The notes under the pieces: generated by a model | Told to the model about the DNA's origin: nothing | The model's database searches: none | What the model saw: only the letters and a program-made list of their open reading frames with translations | Origin: Scenedesmus sp. PABB004 | Lineage: Eukaryota | Length of the DNA stretch: 64,000 nt | Direction of reading: 5' to 3' | Assembly: GCA_014905635.1 (NCBI GenBank) | Contig: CM026547.1 | Coordinates: 496,001 to 560,000 of the forward strand | Shown: positions 12,291 to 24,509 of the stretch, piece by piece | Layout: each line of letters begins with the position of its first letter | Position numbering within the stretch: position 1 is the stretch's first letter | Position numbers and translations under genes: made by a program

Positions 12291-13673
12291 ATGCCCGCCA
12301 GGCGCCGCCCGAGCGAGGGCGGCGGCGATTCGAGCGAGGAGGCCGCGGAGCGCGATGAGTCGGACAAGCTCGCGCTGCGGCGGCAGCGCAACCGGGAGGC
12401 CGCACGGCGCGTGCGGGAGCGGCGGATCAACGCCATCGCGAGCCTCAGCGAGCAGGTGGAGGCGCTGGTGGCCGAGAACGAGGCGCTGCGGGCCCAGCTG
12501 GGCGAGGCCGCGCCGCACACGCCCTCGCCCGCGGCGTCGGGATCGACCACGCAGCAGGCGGGCGCCCGCGCCCACGGCGGTCGGCGACCGGAGCTGGCGG
12601 ACGCCGCGACGCAGACCGACTCCCCGGCGCCGTCGCCGCAGCAGCAGCCCACGGCCTGGCCGGGCGCCGGCGCCGCGGGCGGCGCGCCGGCAGCGGCAGC
12701 GGCGCTGCTGCAGCCGTTTGCGGCGTGGCCGGGCGGCACCGACGCGTCGCAGCAGCTGCTGAACCTGCAGCAGATGCAGGCGCTGGTGCAGATGCAGATG
12801 CAGATGCTGCAGGTCGCCGTCCCGGGCATGGCCGACCTGGGGCGCGAAGGCGGGGCAGAGCTGCGGCCCACCGGGACCAGCGCCCCCGCGGCGGCGGCGG
12901 CGGCGGTGAAGCAGGAGCAGCAGCACCAGCACCACCAGCAGCACCACCAGCACCACCAGCAGCAGCACGACGCCTGGGGGGCGTACGGCGGCGGCGGCGA
13001 CCCCGGCGCCGGCAGCAGCGCTGGCGCGGCCGGGGCCTCCAAGCCCGCGGCCGCCGCGGCCGCCGCTGCCGCGGTGGCGCAGGCGGCGTCGCGCGCGGCG
13101 GCCGGGCCGCGGCAGCAGGCGGAGGGCGCGAGCTCGCCGCAGCCGCAGCAGGCGCCGCAGCAGCAGCCCGCGGTGGCACAGTTTTACGATAAGGCGCGCC
13201 GCGACATGCAGCGACAGGCGGCTGTGTTCCACGCGCAGCAGTCGCAGCACCAGCAGCACCAGCAGCACCAGCAGCACCAGCAGCACCAGCAGCACCAGCA
13301 GCACCAGCACCAGCAGCAGCAGCGCTCGGCGGCGGCGGCGGCGGCCCCGCAGCAGGGCGTCGGCCAGGCGCCCGCGCCGCCGCGCGCCGCGCCGCTCCGC
13401 GCCGGCGCCGCCGCGCCGGCGCCCGCGGCGGCTGGGTCGCGCTTTGCGGCCGTGCCCGACGTGCCGGGCGTGTGCCAGCTGGGCACGCTGGACGACGACG
13501 CGCTGATGTTCACGAGCGCCGACATGAACGTGAGCATGAACTTCAATACCGCCGACATGAGCGCGCTCAATACCGCAGACATGAACGCGCTGATGCTGCC
13601 GAGCGAGGAGCTGCTGCGCCACGTGCCCACGCCCGAGGAGGCGACCGAGTCACGCTCGACCGCGTGGCTGTGA
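12291..13673 (+). CDS. bZIP transcription factor with Gln/His-rich regions
   Basis: Basic region RRQRNREAARRVRERR (N-x7-R) followed by heptad repeats IASLSEQVEALVAENEALRAQL, then QH repeats. Confidence 0.85.
   Translation: MPARRRPSEGGGDSSEEAAERDESDKLALRRQRNREAARRVRERRINAIASLSEQVEALVAENEALRAQLGEAAPHTPSPAASGSTTQQAGARAHGGRRPELADAATQTDSPAPSPQQQPTAWPGAGAAGGAPAAAAALLQPFAAWPGGTDASQQLLNLQQMQALVQMQMQMLQVAVPGMADLGREGGAELRPTGTSAPAAAAAAVKQEQQHQHHQQHHQHHQQQHDAWGAYGGGGDPGAGSSAGAAGASKPAAAAAAAAAVAQAASRAAAGPRQQAEGASSPQPQQAPQQQPAVAQFYDKARRDMQRQAAVFHAQQSQHQQHQQHQQHQQHQQHQQHQHQQQQRSAAAAAAPQQGVGQAPAPPRAAPLRAGAAAPAPAAAGSRFAAVPDVPGVCQLGTLDDDALMFTSADMNVSMNFNTADMSALNTADMNALMLPSEELLRHVPTPEEATESRSTAWL
13246..13322 (+). 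repeat. Coding (CAGCACCAG)n repeat encoding QHQ
   Basis: Direct tandem repeat inside the bZIP ORF. Confidence 0.9.
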
Positions 13674-14581
13674 GGCGCGCGCGCGCACGCGCGGCGCGGG
13701 GCGCGGGCTGGCGGCGGCATCACCCACGGGCAACAAGGTGCAGCGTGTGCTGGGGGTCGCGTGTTGCTTTTTCGTTGCTGTTGTGAGAGCTGCGGCCTTC
13801 AAGCTCGGGAGATGAGCAGGGGAGGTCGAGGGGCGACGACGGGGCGCCGCATGCTTTGAGGACGCCACTATTAGCTCATGCTGCGTCGCCCGCGACTGGG
13901 CACGGCCGGCCGCCGGCGGGCCGGGCGCCGGGCAGGCGCCCCGGGGCGGCGCCGGCCGCCCGCGTCTGGCGCCGCAACGCACGCACCGCCGCCTGCTTCG
14001 CGGGGGCGGCCGCTGTCTGTCGTTGTCGTCGGGCCTGGAACTGTCTGGCCTCTGGCGGAGCCCCATCTCGGTCAATCAAACCATTGCTGGCGCGTGCTGC
14101 TGCGCACGCCAGTTCCTGGCGCGCACAGCGCGCTGTTTGCGCGGCGCCGCGCTGGTCGCGCGGCGCCGCGAACTCTGCCCCTGGTGCCGCCTCGCGTGGC
14201 CGCACCGTGTGTGTGCCGCGCCCTGACGGGCGTCGATTGGGACTTGCAAAGTGTTTGCGCTTTGGGACGGCGCATCTGTCGTGGAACCCAGAATGACTGC
14301 TGAAATGCTGTCAAACATTGCCAGACTGCCCATGACCTGATGTCGATGTCACTACCATTGCTGCGCAGCCTGTGTGTGTGTGGGGGGGGGGGGGGGACCT
14401 GGCGGCCGATGATCGCGCACCGCGCGGTGGCTGCCTGCCGCTCGGGCGGCGCGTGCGGCGGCAAGCTGCAGCCGCTGCTGCCACGGCGCCGCGCTGCAGC
14501 GGCGCCGCGCTTGACGCGGGGGAGCGGGCAACGCACGTGCGCGGGGGGTTGAAGTAACACGGCGGCCGCGCTCCCGCAGCC

Positions 14582-15425
14582 TCACAGCCCGCGCTTGAGG
14601 CGCTTGCGTGCCGGCCCGCCCGCCTCGCCGCCGGCGTCGCCGTCGTCGCCCGCGTAGCGCGCCGCCGTCTTGGCGCGCAGCGCGTCGACCCCGCCGCCGC
14701 CGGCCTCGTCCTCCTCGGCCTGCGCGTACTCGACGACGAGGCGCCGGCCGTAGAGGTGCGTGCCGCCGACGCCCGCGAGCGCGTTGGCCGCCTCCTGCTT
14801 GGTCGTGAGCTCCACAAACGCAAAGCCGCGGTGGTGGCCGTCAAACTTCTTGGGCAGCCTGGCGGACGTGCCGGCGGACGCGGCGCGTGAGGCGTTCGGC
14901 CGTGCCCACGAGCGCAGGGGCCGCGCAGCTCCCCCCCCCCCCCCCCCCCGTGCGCGCCCCCGCCTGCGCGCCTGCAGCTCTTGATGTGGCCAAACGGCCC
15001 GAAGAGGCCCGTGATGTCGGCGCGCGTCGCCTCGAATGCGACGTTGCGCACGACCAGCTTGGCGCCGGCGGCCTTGGACGCTGCGTCGTCCTTGGCCTTG
15101 GCCTTGGCCTTGCCCTTGGCCGCGGCCGCGCCCGGCGCGCCGCCCTTGCTGAGCTGCAGCTGCACCTTGTGCTTGTCCAGCGTGGAGCCCTGCGGCCGCG
15201 GGCGCGCGGCGCCGCGTCGGGCGGTGGCGCTATAGCACGGCGCATGCGCGTGCGGACTGCGCGCGCGGCGCCACGCAGCGCCCGGCTCCGCGGCGCGCCT
15301 GCAGCGCCTTGATCGCGGCCTTGGCCGCGCCCTCGGCGTCGCACTCGACGAAGCCAAAGCCCATGGACAGCAGCTTGCCGTCGGGGCCCTTGCGCCGCGC
15401 GACCTGCGCGCGCGCGCGCGCGCGC

Positions 15426-15459
<34 letters not shown>

Positions 15460-18400
15460 GGGTGAGCCGGCCGCGGCGCCGCGCGGGCGCGCGAGCGGGT
15501 GCGTGCGCGGCGCGGCGCGGGTGCACACCTTGGCGCTGTGGATCTGGCCGCCCGCGGCGGAGACCGCCTTGTCAAAGTGGCGCCGCAGCGCCGCGTCGGT
15601 GGTGCCAAAGTTGAGGTTCTTCACGTAGATGCACGCCACCGGCGCGCCGCCCTCCTCCTCAGCGCCCGCCGCCGCGCCGGCCTCCGCGCCCGCCGCCGCG
15701 CCCGCCGCCGCGCCCGCCGCCGCGCCGGCCTCCGCGCCCGCCGCCGCCGCCGGCCTCGCCTGCCGCGCCGGCGCGCGGCGCGGTCGCCGCCGCCGCCGCG
15801 GCCGCGGGCGGGGGCGCGTCCCAGATGTCGCGGGGCGCCCACTCGAGGTAGAGGGGCACCTGCTGGTACTTTTTGTACGCGAGGGCCTTGAACGCCGACC
15901 TGCGCGGCGAGCGCGAGCACGAGCGCGAGAGCGGCGGGAGGGTCGGCGGGCAGGGTCGGCGGCGCGGCGGCGGCGCGCGGCGGCAGCGCGGCGGCGGCGC
16001 GGCGACGGCGGCGGCCGCGCTCACCGCGCCTCCTGGGGCTCGGCAAACTCGACGAGCGCGAGCGTGCGCGTCGGCGGCAGCACGAGGCGCACCACGGTGC
16101 GCCCCGCGCCCGCGAGCAGCGCGCGCAGCTCCTCCTCGTCGGCCGAGTAGGGCAGGTTCTTCACCAGCAGGCTCGTGGGGCTGCGCGGCACGCTCACCGA
16201 CCCGCTCGCCTTGCCCGCCGCCGCGGCGGCCGCCTCGAGCGCGGACGTGTTAATGCCCGCGTCGGCGAGCGCCGCCTTGGTCTGCGCGATGACCTGCGCA
16301 GGGGCACGGCGGCGGCGGCGGCGCGGCGTGAGCACGGTGCGGCGCGGCGCGGCGCGGCGTGGGCGGCGGCGCGGCGGGGCGCAGCGCGGCGTGGGCGCGG
16401 CCCGCGCGTGCCGTGCCTGCGCCTCGCCGAGCGCCATGCGCAGCGGCAGGTCGCTCGCGCCGGCGTCGAGCAGCTGCGCCTTTGAGAGGCCGTAGTGCGC
16501 CGCGACAGCGGCGGCCACGGTGTCGGGGCGCATGAACAGGCTGCTCCACGCCGCGCGGTTGCCCGCATCGCCGCGGCGCTGCGCGTCGCGCTGCGCCTTG
16601 AAGCCGCCGGGGCCCTGCGCCGGTGGGCGAGCGTGCGCGTGCGGGCCGCGACGGCGGCCGCGTGAGCGCGCGGCGCCGTGCGCGCGCGCGTGGGCGGCGC
16701 AGTGCAGCGCAGCGCAGCGCGCGCGGGGCAGCGCACCCCGTCCTCGCCGCCGGCCGGCGCCGCCGGCGCGTCCTCGCCCGGCCTGCGCTGCCCCGGCAGC
16801 ACGTGCACCAGCCGGCCCTGCGCGTGCGGGGCGGGCGGCTGGGCGCGGCCGCGGCGCGCAGCCAGCTCCTTGGCGCACGCCCCAGCGCTCCCACGCCGTC
16901 GCGGCGCGCCCGCGCCGCTGCGGTGCTGACCTGGAACGGCGTCATATCCAGCGCGCGCAGCGCGCGCAGCGCGTCCTCGGGCACCACAAACTTGACGTGC
17001 GCGATGCCGCGCGAGCGCTTGGTCTCCCTGCCGGCGGAGCGCAGCGCGTAGCAGCGGCGTGGGCCAGGCGCAGCGGGCGCAGAGCGCTCTGCGCGGCGCG
17101 CCGCCGCGCCGCCGCGCGCTGCGCGTCGCCGCACCGGTCGAGCACGACGTGCACCTCCTCCAGCGCGCCAAACGCGCCGAAGAGCTCGCTCAGCTCCGCC
17201 TCGCCCGCGCCGTACGCGAGGTTGCGCACAAAGAGCCGCCCCGTGTCCAGGACCACGGCCTCTGCAGCCGCGTCGCCGCCGCCGCCGCTGCCGCCGCCGC
17301 TGCTGCCCACGCCCGCCTGGTCGCCGCGCGCGGACGCGTCGAGCTCGCCCGGCGGCGCGTCGGGCATGGCGGCGTCGCCGCCGTCCTCGTCGCTGCCGCT
17401 GCCGCCCTCGACGCCCTCGCTGCCGCTGCCGCTGCCGCCCTCGTCGCCGCTGCCGTCCTCGTCGCTGCCGCTGTCGCTGCTGCCCTCATCCTCGTCGCTG
17501 CTGCTCGCGCCGCCGCCGTTGCCGTCCCCGTCGCTGCTGCCGTCGTCGTCGCTCCACCCGGGCACGCGCTCGCCGGCGCCGCCGCGCCGCGGCGCCATGC
17601 GCGCGCGCAGGTACTCGAGGTCTGACACGCCCTCGTCCACCACCACCGCGTCCTTGCCCGCCAGCGCGGCGGCGCCGTCGTCGTCCTCGTCAGACGCCTC
17701 GTCAGACGCCTCATCTGACTCCCCCTCCTCCTCCTCGCCTGACGACGCGGCAGCGGCGGCGCCGCGCCCCCGCCGCTGCTGCTGTCGCTGCTGCTGTTGC
17801 TGGCCGAGCGGGAGGTCGACGTACAGCTCGTCCGCCTCGTCCTCGCCGCCGCCGCCGGCGCCGCCGCCGGCCGCCGCGGGCGCGGGCGGCGCGCCGTCGG
17901 CGGGCAGCAGCTCGTCGTTGCTCCAGATGCGCGCCTTGGCGCGGCGCTGCATGAGGGCCAGGAACTCAGCCAGCTTGGGATCGGCGGCCTCGGCCGCGCC
18001 CAGCCCGCGCGCCGCCTTGGCCGCCGCGCGCGCGGCCTTGTCCGCCGCGCGCGCCGCCTTTGCCGCGCGCGCGCGTCGCCCGGCGCGGCCGCGGCGGCCG
18101 CCGCCGCCGCGTCGGCCGCCGCCGCCTTGGCGAGCAGCGCCTGGTGGCGGCTGCTGCCGGCCGAGTACTTGCTCCAGGGGCGGTGCGCCTTGTCGGCCGC
18201 GGCCGCCGCGGCGGCCGCGGCCGCCGCCGACGCGTCCGCCGCGGCGCCGGCGGGCGCGCGGTAGCGCCGCGCAAACTCGATGCTCAGCTTGCTCGTGTCG
18301 ATGTAGGTGTGTTGAAAGTACTTCAGCGCCGCCGCCGCGTCGTCGACGCTGCGGTAGCCGACAAAGGCCATCTGGCGCGAGTGCCCGTCCCTGCGGCGCG

Positions 18401-18695
18401 CGCGCGCGCGGGCCCGGGCGCGGTCGCGGCGCACCCGCTGCCGTCGCGGCCGGCGCCGCGGCGCGGCGGCGCATGGCCCGCCGCGGGCGGCGGCGCGGAC
18501 GCGCGCTGCTGCTGCGCACCGCGTGAGCAGTATCTTCACGTCCGTCACCTGGCCCTTTGCGCCGAAGTGGGCCTTCAGGCGGTCCTCCTTGAGGTACTTG
18601 GGGATGTTCTTCACGCACAGGCGCGACGTCGCGCCCTCGAGCTCGGCCGCCGGCGCAGCGGACGCGCCGCCGCCGCCCGCCGGCGGCTGCGCCAT
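14582..18695 (-). CDS. MRD1: Multiple-RRM pre-rRNA processing protein MRD1/RBM19
   Basis: [41 protein letters not shown]...[81 protein letters not shown]. One frameshift near 18070. Confidence 0.92.
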
Positions 18696-19124
18696 GGCGG
18701 CGCCGCGGCGCAGCGCGCCCGGGGGCGTGGTGGGGAGGCGCACGACCGCGGGGGCCGCGCCGGGACGGCGCTGGTGCGGCGGGGGCGTCGCTCGCGCCGC
18801 GGCGCGCGCGAGGGGTGCGTGGCGGGACGCGCTGGCGGGCGCGGTCGGAGGCGTGGGCGGCGCTGGATTGTGGGAGCAGCGGCGCGGCGCGGTTGGACGC
18901 CCGCTCGCGGCGGTGTCACTGACAACGCGAGCAAAACCGCCCGCCGCGGCGCACACGGGGCTCGTCTGCGCGCCGCGCCGGCGCCAACGCACAGCCCCCG
19001 ACCTCGCGCACCGCCCGCGACGCAGCTGCGGGCCCCGCCGCGCCGCCAGTGCCCAGCAGCAGCAGCGCCAGCCGCCGCGGCCGCCGCGGGCCGCCGCGCA
19101 GCCCGGCGCGCGTGCGGCCGCGCC

Positions 19125-20713
19125 ATGGGCAAGGCCAAGAAGACCCGCAAGTTTGCAGAGGTCAAGCGCCTGCTGCACCCCAAGGACGCCGCGTGCGTGC
19201 CGCCGCGGCGCCCGGCGGCCGCCGCTGCTCGCGCGCCGCCGCTGCCTGCGCGGCGTGCGGCGCCTCCGCCCGACGCCGCGCCCGCGCCCGCGCCGCAGGC
19301 CGCCCAAGGCCAAGCAGCAGCAGCAGGCGCAGCAGGCGAAGAAGAAGAAGGAGGCGGAAGTGCGCCACGTGTGAGCGCGCCGCTGCGCCGCCTGCGCCGC
19401 GCGGCCGCCGCACGGCCGCCGCACCACCACCACGACTGTGCACGCCGCACCACCACCAACGCGCGCCTCCGCCGCACCACCACCACTGCGCAGCGAGAAG
19501 GTGTCGTCGGCGCTGTTCTTCAAGTACAACACGCAGCTCGGCCCGCCCTACCAGGTGCTGGTCGACACCAACTTCATAAACTTCTCCATCAAAAACAAGG
19601 CGCGCCCGGGCACACAGCACGCGGCGTGGTTGACCGCTGGCGCAGCAAACCGCCGCCGGCGCCGCGCCGGCGCTGCGCCGGCCCGCCGCGCGGCGCGGAG
19701 CGCGCTCACACGCGCATGCAAGCTTTGTCTGACAAACGCCACGCCCGCGCACGCACGCCCAGATTGACCTCGTGAAGGGCATGATGGACTGCCTCTACGC
19801 CGAGTGCACGCCAGTGATCACCGACTGCGTGATGGCGGAGCTGGAGAAGCTCGGCCAGAAGTACCGCGTCGCGCTCAAGGTCGCAAAGGTGCGGCGATGG
19901 GGGCCAGGCCGGCGGGAACCGCGCCCGGGGGGCTGCGGCGGCGGCGGGGCGGAGGCCGCCGCGCGGGTGGGGCCTGCGCTGAGGGGGGCAGAGGCGGCGG
20001 GGAGCGGGCTCGCGCCAGCAGCGCCCCCATGCCGCCCCGCCGCCGCGCCCCGCCGCCGCCGCCGCGCCCGCCGCCGGCAGGACCCGCGCATCGAGCGCCT
20101 GCCGTGCACGCACCGCGGCACGTACGCCGACGACTGCCTCTGCGAGCGCGTGCGGCAGCACAAGTGCTACATCGTGGCGACGTGCGACAAGGACCTGCGG
20201 CGCCGCATCCGCAAGGTGCGCACTCGAAGGGCGCGGTGTGCGCGCGCGCGCGTGTGTGTGTGTCGCGGTCAGCGTGTGTGCGTGTGCGTGTCATGTCAGC
20301 GCGTGTGCGCGGGGCCCTGGGGCGCGGCGAGGATTATAACCTCTTGTGTCGAGAGCACGCGCGGCGCACGCGCCGCCGGCGCTGATTGCCAACGGTGAAC
20401 AATCGCTGAGCCGCGCCCCGGGGAGGCCCCCTCCCCCCGCCCACCTGCTTTCTTTGTCGTTGTGGCGGCGTGTGTGCGCGGCGCGCGTGTGTGCGGCTGC
20501 CCCGGGCCCCCAACCCCTGCCTGCCAGCCCGGCCGGGGCGGCCGCCGCCGCGTCGCGCGGCGCGCCTGCTCGCTGGCCTCGCCCCCCGCCGCTCACACCC
20601 CCGCCCCACCGCGCCACCAGATCCCCGGTGTGCCCATCATGTACCTCAGCCAGCACCGCTACAGCATCGAGCGCCTGCCCGAGGCCACCATCGGCGGCGC
20701 GCCGCGCACGTGA
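19125..20713 (+). CDS. FCF1: rRNA-processing PIN-domain protein FCF1/UTP24 (6 exons)
   Basis: [110 protein letters not shown]. Confidence 0.96.
20319..20419 (+). ncRNA. Candidate intronic box C/D snoRNA guiding LSU rRNA 2'-O-methylation at the Um2921-equivalent position
   Basis: Lies in the last FCF1 intron. Perfect 10-bp terminal stem GGGGCGCGGC/GCCGCGCCCC; degenerate box C AGGATTA (20330-20336); box D CTGA (20406-20409); 11-nt guide GGTGAACAATC complementary to conserved LSU GAUUGUUCACC. Confidence 0.7.
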
Positions 20714-21136
20714 GCGCACGCGCGCCGAGTGCGAGAGACCACACCCGACTCAAGCACACGCCCACGCGACGTGGCTGGTGCCTGCATGCCCATGCCCCCC
20801 AGCGCGTCCGCGCCGCCGCCACCCTGGTCCGGACCCCGCCCGGCGCGCTGCCACAGTGCGCGCCGGGCGCGCTGCAATACGCGCGCGGTGGCCGGCCGGG
20901 TCCCGGCGCGCCGCCCCCGCGGCTCCCCGCGGGTGCACTCACGGCGCAGTGCAGCCCCTTTGCAACGCCGCAGCGCCGATTCGGTCCCGGCCGGCCGCGT
21001 TTCAACGAATGCGTCTCAACGACGTCGCCGCCCGCTCGCGTGTGCCTGCGCCCCGCCCGCCGCGCCGCTCGCACAGCCCGCCTCCGCCCCCCTCCCAGCC
21101 ACGCCGTGCTGCTCCTCTCCTCGCACCGCCGGCACG

Positions 21137-21833
21137 ATGCAGCTCAGCGCGCGCCCCGCGCTCCGCGCCGCCGCCGCGCTGCCGGCCGCCCGCACCGCTG
21201 CGCGCCCCGTTGCCCGCCCCAGCGCCCAGAACGGCCCGCGCCGTGCGCCCCTGCGCGGCGGGCTGGGCGTGCGCCGCGCGGCCGAGCCCAGCAGCGGGGG
21301 CGCCGCCGAGGCCGACGCGGGCCAGGCGCGCCGCGCGGCCGAGCCCAGCGACGCGGTGGCGGAGGAGGAGCAGCCGTTCGAGGTGCCCTCGACCGGCCGC
21401 AAGGCGCCGATGGGCACCGAAATGCACGCCGACACGCCGGAGCAGTCGGCCGCGCCCGAGGGCGACCGTGCGATCGAGGGTCAGCGGTGGCAGCCCACGG
21501 GCGAGTCGGACGAGACGCCGGCAGACCGGGTGCGCGCCGCTGCGCGCCGCTGCGCGCCGCTGCGCGCCGCTGCGCGCCGCGCGCGCCCAACCGCCCAAGC
21601 CCCGCCCGTGCGTCTGAGCGGCCCCCCTGCGCTGCCTCCACGCGCCTGCGGCCTTGGCGCGTCGACCGCCCGCGCCACCCGCCCGCCCGCGCGCGCAGTA
21701 CGGCAGCGACGAGGCGGCGGCCGAGGCGATGGAGGAGGCCAAGGACCGCACGCGCGGTTCGGAGCTGCAGACCGGGGACCTGAACACCTCGGTCCCCGGC
21801 GGCGGCATGACCGGCGAGGGAAGCTCGGCGTGA
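21137..21833 (+). CDS. Small acidic, probably disordered protein with a plastid transit peptide-like N-terminus (2 exons)
   Basis: N-terminus MQLSARPALRAAAALPAARTAARPVARPSA...VRRA. Removing the GT-AG intron 21530-21698 gives an open frame to TGA at 21833. Confidence 0.6.
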
Positions 21834-21978
21834 GCTCAGGGCAGCGCGAGGCGTGCGCAACGCGTGCTGTGGCGCGCGCGCGCGGCGCGGTGGGGCGCGG
21901 CTGCCGCGCGGCGCCGGTCCGTTGCGTTGGCCGCTGCGGCGCGCCTGGTAAGAGGAGCAGTTGTGTGGGCCGCCGAGG

Positions 21979-21983
21979 TTACA
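21979..21983 (-). promoter_or_regulatory. TGTAA polyadenylation signal of the two-RRM gene
   Basis: TTACA on + strand, ~335 nt downstream of the stop. UGUAA is the established chlorophyte poly(A) signal. Confidence 0.55.
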
Positions 21984-22316
21984 CCGCCGCTCGCTCTCAC
22001 AGCCGCGCTCGCGGCCGCCGCCGCCGCCGCCGCCGCGTCCAGCCGCGGGGTGCCACCAGCGGGCAGGTGCTCGCGTGCACGCAGGTGCAGCTGCTGCCGT
22101 GCGCGCGCGCGTGCGGTGGTGCGTGCTGTGCTCGTGCTCTGCATGTGGAGTGCGTGTGGGGTGTGCGTGTGGAGGGAGGGGGAGGGGGAGGCGCGCCGGC
22201 GGTCAACGTGCGGTGCGGGCGTGCAACCTCGCGCGTGCGACGGCCCCCCGCCCGCCGCGGCCGCCGCGCCCGCCGCTCGGCCAATGTGTGAACTCACCTC
22301 GGACGCGCTGGCCGCC

Positions 22317-24509
22317 TCACATCTGGCCGCCGGGGTGCTGCTGCAGCTGCTGCTGCTGCAGAGCCCCGAAGCCGTCGCCATTGCTGCCGTCGACGCCGCG
22401 CCCGGCCATGCCGCCGCCATCGCCGCTGCCGTAGCCGCCGGCCATGCCGCCGCCGCCGGCCACGCCGCCGCCGCCGGCCATGCCGCCGCCGCCGGCCATG
22501 CCGCCGCCGCCGGCCATGCCGCCGCCGCCGGCCATGCCGCCGCGCATGCTTCCGCGGCCGCGCATGCCGCCGCCGCCGCCGCGCATGCCGCCGCCGCGCA
22601 TGCCGCCGCCGGCCATGCCGCCCCCGCCGCCGGCCATGCCGCCGCCGCCGCCGGCCATGCCGCCCCCGACCATGTACGGCGCCTGCTGCTGCGCCGCGCC
22701 CTGCCCGCCCTGCCCGGCCTGCCCAGCCTGCCCGCCGCCGCCGCCACCGCCGACGGGGGCGCCCTGCGCGTCGCGCTTCCTGCCGAGCGGGTTTTGCTAA
22801 ACTGCACGCGGATGGGCCCCCGCTCGCTGGAGCGCAGCACCGCGCCCTGCGTGCGGCGCGCGGCGCGCGGCGCGCGGCGCGGGCGGGCTCACGGGCGGGG
22901 CTCGCGGCCGGGGCTCGCGCGCGGGGCTTTGCTGGGCGGTGGGCCCGGCGCGGCGCGGCGCGGCGCGGCGCGGCGCGGCGCGGCGCGCGCCTGCTGCGAG
23001 GCGTGGCAGGCGGCCGCGCTGTCGATGGAGTCGAACTCGACGAAGCAGTTCATCGCCCGCGCGGTGCGCATCAGCTTGAGCTGAAGGTAGCCCTGCGGCG
23101 CGCGGCGGGGGGCGCGCGGGGACAGAGCGCGAGCGGACGTCGGCGGCTGCGGGGAGGCGGCCGTGGCGCGCCGCGCCGCGGCGCGGCGGCCGCCGCGCCG
23201 CGCACCGGCTGCGCCGAGAAGAGCGCCTGCAGCTCGCCCTCGTCCACGCCGTCGCTGAGGTTGCCCACGAAGAGCGTGTTGCAGGGCGGGTTGTCCTTGT
23301 TGTTCTGCACGGGCGCGTACGTCGTGCCGCCAGGCGCCTGCGCATGCACACCGCCGCGCGGCGGCGACGGCGGCTGAGCGGCGCGGCCCGGCCGCAAGGC
23401 GCGGCGCGGCCTGGCCGTAGGGCGCAGCGCAGCGCGGCCGCGGCGCAGCGCAGCGCGGCCGCGGCGACGGCGCGGCGACCGCACGTTGGGCCCGCCGCCG
23501 GCCATGCCGCCGCCGCCGCTGAAGCCGCCCGCCATGCCGCCGCCGCCGCCGGCCATGCCGCCGCCGCCGGCCATGCCGCCGCCGTAGGCGCCGGTGGTGC
23601 GCGGGCGTTTGGGCGCCGTGAGCGCCGCCTCGTCCCGGATGTGCATGTTCTGCGGCCCCCGCGGCGCGGCGGCGCGGCGGCGGTGAGCGCTTCGGCAGGC
23701 GCGGGCCGCGCGCCGGGGCGCTGGCGGCGCGGCCGCGCGGCGCGCGCCCCGCGGCACTTGCATTGCGCGCCATCTCTGCTCGCAGGAAAATGCCGTCATC
23801 AAAGCTGCGCGCGGCGGGCGGCGGCGGCGTGGGCGTGCGGCGCACGCGGCCGCCGGCGCGCTGCCGGCGCGCCGCTGCTGCCGCGGGCCCGCCGGCCGCG
23901 CGCACCAGAGGCCGCCCATCTGCCCGCACGCCGCGCGCGCCGCGGCGCCGGTGCAGAAGAGCGCGAAGCCCTGCGCCTGCGGCGCGGGCAGCGCGCGGGG
24001 CGGCCGGCCGCAGAGGCCATGTTGGCAGCGACAGCAGGAGCGGCAGCAGGAGCAGTGGCAGCGGCAGAAGCGGCGGCAGGAGCAGCAGCAGCAGCGGCAG
24101 CGGCAGCAGCGGCAAGAGCAGCGGCAGCGGCAGCGGCAGGAGCAGCGGCAGCAGCGGCAGCAGCAGCGGTCCGCGCCTGGCCGTTCTTCCAGTTCATCTG
24201 GCTCGCCTCGTAGCCCGGTATGAATCGCAGCAGGTTGTTGAGCTCCCGCTCCTTCACGTCGGGCGGGAAGCCCGTGATGAAGACCGTGCGCTGCTCGTCC
24301 TGCCCGCCCGGCGGCGCGCCGGCGGGCATCACTACGCCGCCGCCGCCGGCGCCGGGCATCCCGAAGCCGCCGCCCATCATGCCGGGCGCGCCGGCGAAGG
24401 GTATGCCCTGGAACCCGAAGCCCGGCGCCATGCCGGGCGCGGCGTAGAGGGCGTCGACCATGGGGAAGGCCGGGTCCATCGGAGGCCCCCCGTAGCCCGT
24501 GAACGCCAT
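22317..24509 (-). CDS. Two-RRM RNA-binding protein of the RBPMS/Scw1/plant U1A-like group with Gly/Met-rich tails
   Basis: RTVFITGFPPDVKERELNNLLRFIPGYE, LRAEMARKNMH, YAPVQNNKDNPPCNTLFVGNL, CFVEF, IRVQFSKNPLG (needs +1 nt near 22793). Confidence 0.85.
24024..24170. repeat. Intronic (CAGCGG/CAGGAG)-type simple repeat
   Basis: Imperfect trinucleotide/hexanucleotide repeat filling most of intron 1 of the RRM gene. Confidence 0.8.
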
